5,674 nt of DNA from Chlorokybus atmophyticus (taxonomy: Eukaryota; Plantae; Mesostigma and Chlorokybus algae): the NCBI GenBank assembly GCA_009103225.1, contig RHPI01003422.1, forward strand, positions 1 through 5,674, written 5' to 3'. This document shows positions 1 through 5,148 of this stretch, piece by piece; within the stretch, counting starts at the first letter, position 1; the number at the start of each line of letters is the position of its first letter. Position numbers and translations under genes: made by a program. The notes beneath the pieces were generated by a model. The model saw only the letters and a program-made list of their open reading frames with translations, made no database searches and was not told where the DNA came from.

Positions 1-464
1 GTTAAAGTAGCGGAAGGTGAAGGCTGTGAGGTCCCCGCAGCAGAATCTGAAGGCTGTGGGGCCACGGTCACCCCTAATAGCGCAGACTCCTGCTGTAGCC
101 GTAACAGCGCCTCCTCCCTCCTTCTTTTCTCCTCATGCTCCCTCCTCTTTCTCGTCTCCTCCTTCAGCCTCCTCTTCCGCTCCTCCGCCTGCTGCTCCTT
201 TTCTTCCTCTTCATCCACCGGCGTCTTCAAGACGAACCCTAAGCGCGCAGCCTCCTGTTGTAGCCGTGCGACCGCCTCCTGTCTCTTCCTCTCCTCCTCC
301 TCCTTCCTCTTCCTCTCCTCCTCCTCCTTCTTCTTCCTCTCCTCCTCCTCCTTCTTCTTCCTCTCCTCCTCCTCCTCCTCCTGCCTCTTCCTTTCTGCCT
401 CCTCCTCCTGCCTCCTCCTCTCCTCCTCCAGCTCCTGCTGGCTCCTCGCCTCCACCTCCATCGC
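1..464 (-). CDS. Gene A last visible exon: ER/K single-alpha-helix (SAH) region, open to the window edge and missing from the ORF track
   Basis: The minus frame from ATG 461 reads MEVEARSQQELEEERRRQEEEAERKRQEEEEERKKKEEERKKKEEERKRKEEEKRQEAVARLQQEAARLGFVLKTPVDEEEEKEQQAEERKRRLKEETRKRREHEEKRRREEALLRLQQESALLGVTVAPQPSDSAAGTSQPSPSATL with no stop. Alternating E and R/K blocks are the SAH signature. Confidence 0.75.
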
Positions 465-2001
465 CTCGGGTCCCGGCAGAGAATGGAAGCTACTTGTTCA
501 AGCTTGTTAAAGACCACCCGCCAGCATACGCCTGATCTCAAGAGGTGGTGCTCGTTGATCTTTACGGTGTTATGGGTCTCGCGCAGCAGAGCTGAGGGAG
601 TGTTTGCCTCTTTGCGTAATCTGTCCTCCAGCACCTTGCGCTCTTTCTCCAGCTTTTCGCGTGCAGTGCGCAGCTCCTTGTGCTCCCTGGCAGCTTCTTT
701 CAGAAGAGCCTTGGCTGCTGCCTGCAAGCACATACAACTCAAGGTGAGTGTACCAGTCAGTGTATCCCCTGCAGAATGCACAAAGAGTAAACACACCAAA
801 GACCTTGTCCAAGTCTAGCTGTTTTCTTTCAGTCTTCAAGATTTCACGACAAGAATTCACGTTGTCAAGATGAGTCAGCAACTGCGATCACTCCGTTTGG
901 ATGGTGTTCCGCAATTGTTGCAAGCTCTGTTTTTCCTCAGCTGCAAGGTCTAGCATTCTCTCCACACGTTTAGACACTAAAGACATCTTCTTGACAGCAT
1001 GTGCCATTCGTAAATGCACCAATGAAGCGCAAACTGAAGCAATCATGACCGGGTTGTGGACTTACCTCGTTCAAGTTGTCCACAAGCTCCTCGGTGGCCA
1101 GCACCATGTCCCAGGTAGGGTGTGCCAGTTCTGTGGGCTTGACATGCGCCTGCAGGGCAGATGCATTCAGTCAGTCAGTGTGCATCCGTCAGACCCTACA
1201 TCCACAAGCTTGGCTGCATGTAGCTGCTTGCTTACACTTCCAGACCGCGTTGCTTTGGTAGACTTTGCTGGCGTTTGTGGAACTGAAGGCTGGCCGTTCT
1301 TCTTGGAGGATGATTCTTGTCTTGGCTTTTTTGCTGGGGTCTCAGCTGCTGGTGGTTCCTCCTCCTCTGATTCCTCCTCATCCGACACCTCCTGCTCCTC
1401 CTCCTGCTCCTCCTCCTTCCCCTTGTCCTTCTGCTCTGATGCAGCTGGATTGGGAGGATGCGTGTACACCCATTTGTGCCCGGTTGAAGTCTTCTCCAGC
1501 TTCCATCCTTCGGGGGGGCCGCTAGGTCCCCAATCTTCCGGTTTTGCCAAGTGCTCACCGTCCTGTATGGGTAGTTACTTCAGCTTTAAAGATACATAAA
1601 CAGACAGAGATGCATACACAGACAGAGATACATTCAGCTAGCAGCAGCATACCTACAGCAGCAGCATACATACAGATAGCAGCTTGGACACAGACAATAA
1701 AACATGCAAAAATGCAACCATGTAAGCATGAACCAAGCAAGCTCACCTTTATGTGCTGCACAACTTGGTCGGTGAGCTGCTGCAACTCGGAGCCGTGAGG
1801 GAGCTTCTCCTTGGGCGTTGCTCCTGGCAGTTTCTCAAACTGTTCAGGGCCCACACGAATCTTGGTGCAGGTGAGGGAGCCAATGTGCTGCTTGACCTTG
1901 CTGACAACGGACCTCTGCAACAAGACTTGACAATATTTGCAGCGCCAAGGCTGCTCTGCACCAGACTGCCAGTATGCACTAGCCTCTGCCTTGCCCTTCA
2001 T
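1..2001 (-). CDS. Spliced gene A, 3' end outside the window: BED Zn finger + WW-like motif + acidic tract + coiled coil + ER/K single alpha helix. Proposed exons 2001-1747, 1562-1236, 1149-1066, ~989-804, 721-~530, ~464-<1. Possibly pseudogenised.
   Basis: Phase-0 joins through donors GTGAGC (1746), GTAAGC (1235), GTAAGT (1065) and acceptors ATACAG (1563), CTGCAG (1150), TTGCAG (722) link the protein-like parts of the ORF-track entries 1555..2073, 1167..1550, 570..881 and 239..799. There is an in-frame TGA at 890-888 and a frame switch near 465-530. Confidence 0.68.
280..430. repeat. (CCT/CTT)n low-complexity coding repeat with ~18-bp EEERKK units
   Basis: Visible tandem CCTCCTCCTTCTTCTTCCTCT-type units on the plus strand. 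Confidence 0.9.
530..721 (-). CDS. Gene A exon 5: charged coiled coil
   Basis: AAAKALLKEAAREHKELRTAREKLEKERKVLEDRLRKE follows a GTGCTTGCAG acceptor. A candidate GTATGC donor sits at 529. Confidence 0.68.
804..989 (-). pseudogene. Gene A exon 4: coiled-coil segment interrupted by an in-frame TGA at 890-888, or a shorter exon 881-804 if CGCAG at 882 is the acceptor
   Basis: The frame reads KMSLVSKRVERMLDLAAEEKQSLQQLRNTIQTE*SQLLTHLDNVNSCREILKTERKQLDLDK. Both flanking splice sites are weak (TCAAG acceptor, GTCTTT donor). Confidence 0.45.
1066..1149 (-). CDS. Gene A exon 3 (AHVKPTELAHPTWDMVLATEELVDNLNE)
   Basis: 84 nt, open, phase 0 at both ends. Flanked by a CCCTGCAG acceptor with upstream CTGAC branch motifs and a GTAAGT donor. 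Confidence 0.65.
1236..1562 (-). CDS. Gene A exon 2: WW-like motif, acidic E-rich tract and basic NLS-like motif
   Basis: PEGWKLEKTSTGHKWVYTHP aligns without gaps to the first two strands of the WW consensus (PxGW-x7-G-xx-aromatic triplet-xH) but lacks the second Trp. It is followed by EEEQEEEQEVSDEEESEEEE and PAKKPR. The acceptor is CCATACAG and the donor GTAAGC; the exon is 327 nt. Confidence 0.72.
1747..2001 (-). CDS. Gene A exon 1: BED-type zinc finger
   Basis: MKGKAEASAYWQSGAEQPWRCKYCQVLLQRSVVSKVKQHIGSLTC fits the BED pattern W..(W)xCxxC..x(n)..(K)xH(L/I)xxxxC. The exon is 255 nt and ends in phase 0 at a GTGAGC donor. Confidence 0.75.
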
Positions 2002-2134
2002 GCTTGCTATGCTCAATACGTTGCAACAGCTCAACGCTTCACAAACCGAGGCCACCAAGCACGCCGCCGCCACACACAGGAATAGCCGTTGTATGTCTTA
2101 TGTATGCTGCTGTGGCTATTTATTACTCAGGAGT

Positions 2135-2170
2135 CCTAACCCTAACCCTTACCCTAACCCTAACCCTAAC
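2135..2170. repeat. Interstitial telomere-type repeat, 6 x CCTAAC (TTAGGG on the minus strand), with one CCTTAC variant
   Basis: cctaac cctaac ccttac cctaac cctaac cctaac, read directly from the sequence. Confidence 0.95.
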
Positions 2171-2232
2171 TTGTGCGCAGCTGACTTCTGCGCAGTAAGA
2201 CTCCGAAGAAGCACAGCTGTCCGCAGTGCTTC

Positions 2233-2283
2233 GGCGGCGGCGGTGGCGGCGGCGGAGGTGGCGGTAGTGAAGGTGGTGGCGGG
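2233..2283. repeat. Imperfect (GGC)n tract
   Basis: ggcggcggcggtggcggcggcggaggtggcggtagtgaaggtggtggcggg. Confidence 0.85.
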
Positions 2284-2406
2284 AGTGAAATCGTTGGTTG
2301 ACTGTTTTGCGTCTTGACGTTTCCGGGCCTACTTGCTAGGTTGCGGTGCTGGAAGCTGTTTGTAGCTGCTACCAAGCTGCAAGGTTGTGTGCTGCTCTCA
2401 AGCACA

Positions 2407-2692
2407 ATGTCAGTGTATAGGATGAGCGTTGAGCTTATCTCCAAACGGGTAGCTAAATTGTTGAGAGGGGTTCCAAGTGCACAAGCAATAGCGGAGAAGT
2501 TCAAGGAGGAAGAGATTGATGGAGAAGCTTACTACAGCCTCTCAGCAGAAATTCTTGCACAGATCACACCTAGGCTGAGCATTGCTTCGCGGATCCTTGA
2601 AGACGTGCAGAAGTTAAACAGGGATGAGCCGAGGTTGCAAGCTGAAGATGAAGAGGAGCAAGACGAGGCGGGAGCACAACCTGGGGACACAG
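2407..2692 (+). CDS. Gene B exon 1: sterile alpha motif (SAM) domain and acidic linker
   Basis: SVELISKRVAKLLRGVPSAQAIAEKFKEEEIDGEAYYSLSAEILAQITPRLSIASRILEDVQKL matches the SAM hallmark F-x-x-x-EIDG-x-A and the C-terminal RIL-x-x-(V/I)QKL helix. Confidence 0.85.
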
Positions 2693-4830
2693 GTGTGCTT
2701 GCTTTCAACTAGTCTGCTGCCAAGCTGCTGGTGCAACTTTATTGCTCCTGCAGCTGAAGCTCTGCTAGCTCTGCTTGCTCATTGGTATGCTTTGGTCTGC
2801 AGCTTCAGTCAAGCTGAAGCTACAACTCAATTGAACCTGCGGCTTGGCTGAAGCTGCAGCTTGAGTAATGGCTGCATATCGGCTTTCTGCCAAGCAGAGC
2901 CTCAGCCAAGCCGCAGCTGCAGTTTAGCTTAAGTGGTAGGTTGGGTGAAGCTCTACTTGCTTTGCTGTATTTTGTACGCTTCGGTCTGCAGCTTTAGTCA
3001 AGCAACAGCGTTAGCCGAGCCACAACTGCAACATAGCTGAAGCTGCAGCTTGGCTAAAGCTCTGCTTGCTTTGCTCTCTTTTGTAAGTGCCATGCGCTGA
3101 CTGTTGGCCTTGTGCGCAGGAGCTGTTGATGAAGTTAACTGTGAAGACGAGTCAGAGGCAGTCAAGAAGGCAAAGCTGGAAGAAAAGTGCTTTGCCCCTG
3201 TCGCTGACAAGCCTAGGGGACTAGAGCAAAATGGGCAAGCTTACTTGAAGAAGAAGGACGAGACACAGTGGAGAATACAGGAGGACAACCGCAAGCTTCT
3301 AAAGGAGAAGCTGTGGGCCAAGTTCCCAGACCACTGTGTTGGCAAGAGCTTCAATCGGGCCGGCTCAGATTATGACATGAGGGAGGAGGTGGTGGCGGAT
3401 GTAATGCAGAATCACACTCCGCTGGAGATCAACGGACAGACATTGCGCTGGCCTGTCAGTAAGTAATCTGCGTCTGCCTATGTGCATGTGCGTCTATATG
3501 CCAGCTGCCACCTGCCAGATGTCTTGTGCTTCCTGCAAATGGCTGCTCACTGCCTCTTGTTTGCAGAATGGACTCGTGAGCAAATCCGCCGGTTTGTGGA
3601 TAATGCAAGACGGGGCCATCCATTAACGCCAGGCGAAACGGTAGGCTTGACCCGTGAGCAGCGCAAGGAGAAGATGCGCGCTGCACGCGCTGAGAAGCGC
3701 GCTGACGCAGAGGAGCCAGCTCCACGCCGCTCGCGCACAGACTACGGGCTTGGCCCACATTTCACCGTTGCAGACTTTCCCTCCAGCCAAAATGCTGTGC
3801 TGCTTGCCTTGTTGACTGCTGAGCCGCCTTCTCAAGCGCAGCTGCGTGAGGACTGGGTGGCTTTCAGGTACGCCATTTATCCTCTTGCACAAGGCTTTGC
3901 ACCCGCACTCGTAAGGAATTCATATGCGGCTGGTGCTGCAGACCCGCAGGAGATGCTGCAAGCACCAGCGGCAGCAGCAGCCGCAGAGTTGTGGCTATTG
4001 GGCGCGGTCAAGTACTGGAGGTGCTTGAGCAAGAGACTCCTTGGCGCAGCTACAAAGTGAAGGTGCTGGAGTGGTACAACGCCAAGGGTATCGGTGATCA
4101 ACGCGTCTACATGCCAGTACGTGACACGGACGGGTATGCTGGCCAGATGACCGGGGACGAGCACTTGTGCAGCAATATCTTGGTGAGCGTAGTAGAGTGT
4201 GTGCTGCGGCACAGCACATTGCAAGCGTAACTGCAAGGAAGATTATATGCGTGACATGCAATGCGGCTGCTTGAGTGATGCAGGGACGCAGTTGTGCTTG
4301 GCCTGCATCCTTGGTAGCCCCGTCTGCAGTCTGCCCTTGCTCAGACTGCTCTTCAGGCGACTGCATTGCAGAAGTCACCCCAAGATGCGTTCGCGCGCTC
4401 GTGGTTGACAAGCGCGTGCAGCCAGAAGACCAGCATGACATCAATCAGAGGGTAAGAACGTTGCAGTGGGCTGTAACGTGTGCAGCATGCTTGCATGATG
4501 CACACTTGTAACAATTCTTGCTTGCAGATCAATCGTTGCTCTGACCACCTCATGCACTTGGCTGGCATCTGCTGCAATACCTTGTGCGCCAATGTTCCCA
4601 ACCGCGAGAGCTTGCTGGAGGTGTACACTTCCTGGAGGGGGACATACGGGACGCAGATTGGGAGGCTGCCGAAGGAGGACCATCTACTTGCAAAGTTCAC
4701 TGACTCGCAGATCGGTCTCATGCTTGTTACATTTGCAGTCAACAAGCGCTGGCTGGTACAGGATGACTCTGGAGAAGCACGCTATGGCTGGCACTGGAAT
4801 AGTCAAGCCAAGCGCCAACCCGGTCCATAA
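2407..4830 (+). CDS. Spliced gene B, about 530 aa: SAM domain + homeodomain-helix-like + BAH-like + winged-helix-like putative chromatin/DNA-binding protein. Exons 2407-2692, 3120-3458, 3567-3867, 3987-4182, 4284-4451, 4528-4830.
   Basis: All five introns are GT-AG and phase-compatible (1,1,2,0,0). The joined CDS is 1593 nt with no internal stop. Donors are GTGTGC, GTAAGT, GTACGC, GTGAGC, GTAAGA. Acceptors are GCGCAG, TTGCAG, CCGCAG, ATGCAG, TTGCAG. The 5' boundary of exon 5 is the least certain. Confidence 0.78.
2756..3075. repeat. Intronic degenerate duplication (189-bp offset) with an internal 15-bp perfect inverted repeat
   Basis: 2785-2814 and 2974-3003 are identical at 27 of 30 positions. 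GCTGAAGCTGCAGCTTG occurs at 2847 and 3036. CTGCGGCTTGGCTGA (2837-2851) is the reverse complement of TCAGCCAAGCCGCAG (2902-2916). Confidence 0.85.
3120..3458 (+). CDS. Gene B exon 2
   Basis: This is the open part of ORF 3104..3466. It has a CTGAC branch motif at ~3097, a TGTGCGCAG acceptor and a GTAAGT donor at 3459, with phase 1 at both ends. Confidence 0.8.
3567..3867 (+). CDS. Gene B exon 3: homeodomain-helix-3-like motif and basic tract
   Basis: Splicing gives WPVKWTREQIRRFVDNARRG, which resembles the TALE homeodomain helix 3 pattern xxxQIxNWFxNARRR. The acceptor is TTTGCAG and the donor GTACGC. Confidence 0.75.
3987..4182 (+). CDS. Gene B exon 4: BAH-like / SH3-barrel segment
   Basis: DWVAFRVVAIGRGQVLEVLEQETPWRSYKVKVLEWYNAKG...HLCSNIL(GRSC) resembles the BAH pattern D-x-V...I-x-x-(I/V)-x-E(I/V)...V-x-V-x-W(F/Y)...I-x-GKC. 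A strong GTGAGC donor lies at 4183. Confidence 0.68.
4284..4451 (+). CDS. Gene B exon 5 (Cys-rich start, boundary uncertain)
   Basis: ATGCAG at 4283 is the phase-0 acceptor in the ORF 4275..4511 frame; the other CAG sites I checked in 4284-4371 are out of phase. The GTAAGA donor at 4452 is strong. Confidence 0.5.
4528..4830 (+). CDS. Gene B terminal exon: RFX/D5-type winged-helix-like domain
   Basis: ESLLEVYTSWRGTYG...FTDSQIGLMLVTFAVNKRWLVQDDSGEARYGWHW resembles the lY..Y..Wc...G / s...FG..L / k.r / g..Y.g pattern of RFX and D5-primase C-terminal wHTH domains. The acceptor is CTTGCAG with an upstream TGTAAC; the stop is TAA at 4828-4830. Confidence 0.68.
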   Translation: MNRCSDHLMHLAGICCNTLCANVPNRESLLEVYTSWRGTYGTQIGRLPKEDHLLAKFTDSQIGLMLVTFAVNKRWLVQDDSGEARYGWHWNSQAKRQPGP

Positions 4831-4874
4831 TTGGGTACCAAGGTGAAGACCTTCGCTCAACTTTTTTGCAGCAC

Positions 4875-4995
4875 CCAGTCTAGCTTCCATGCAGCTTCCT
4901 TGCAGCCGCCAGTCTAGCTTCCTGCTAAAAGTCTGACTTCTTGCTAGCAGTTTAGCTTGCTACCAGCAGTTAGCTTCCTGGTAGCAGTTAGCTTC
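4875..4995. repeat. AGCTT-rich short direct repeats downstream of gene B
   Basis: CCAGTCTAGCTTCC at 4875 and 4909; AGCAGTTAGCTTC at 4965 and 4983. Confidence 0.75.
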
Positions 4996-5046
4996 TTGCA
5001 AACAATTGGAGCCTATTCTAGTACTAGTTAAGAGTACATGGTACAA

Positions 5047-5051
5047 TGTAA
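5047..5051 (+). promoter_or_regulatory. Candidate TGTAA polyadenylation signal for gene B
   Basis: TGTAA, the known chlorophyte poly(A) signal, lies about 215 nt after the stop in an AT-richer stretch. A 5-mer is weak evidence. Confidence 0.35.
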
Positions 5052-5148
5052 ACTCCATATGAGGTTAAGATTTCTTTACCAGGAAAACTGCCTGCAACTT
5101 GCCTGCATATGCCTGCTATGTTGTGCTGCTAATTTTGGAATGAATGGC

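Larger units (their letters stand above)
2002..2406. promoter_or_regulatory. Putative bidirectional promoter and 5' UTR region between genes A and B
   Basis: 405 bp separate the divergent ATGs at 2001 (-) and 2407 (+). The function is inferred from gene orientation only. Confidence 0.5.

Noticed and set aside
239-460. Protamine-like poly-Arg tail of ORF 239..799
   Set aside because: This is an out-of-frame reading of the E/R/K repeat.
17-535. Pro/Ser-rich extensin or pherophorin-like protein (ORF 17..535 +)
   Set aside because: It has no ATG start or signal peptide, and it is the antisense shadow of the GAG/AAG-rich ER/K exon. The minus frame has conserved duplicated motifs and links to upstream exons.
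901-1599. ORF 901..1599 (+), 232 aa, and ORF 1753..2085 (+)
   Set aside because: Both are antisense to gene A exons. The Ser-rich stretch mirrors the acidic tract, and neither shows a recognisable motif or splice support.
1600-1685. ACAGACAGAGAT and CAGCAGCATAC short duplications
   Set aside because: Ordinary low-complexity slippage within intron 1 of gene A.
2135-2170. True chromosome end
   Set aside because: Only six units, flanked on both sides by unique genic sequence.
3083-3119. Extra GTAAGT donor inside intron 1 of gene B
   Set aside because: It would define a 37-nt intron, much shorter than the others, and I found no convincing upstream exon.
4617-4632. EVYTS peptide appearing on both strands (ORFs 4480..4830 + and 4353..4745 -)
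   Set aside because: It is caused by the near-palindrome GGAGGTGTACACTTCC and gives no evidence for overlapping genes.
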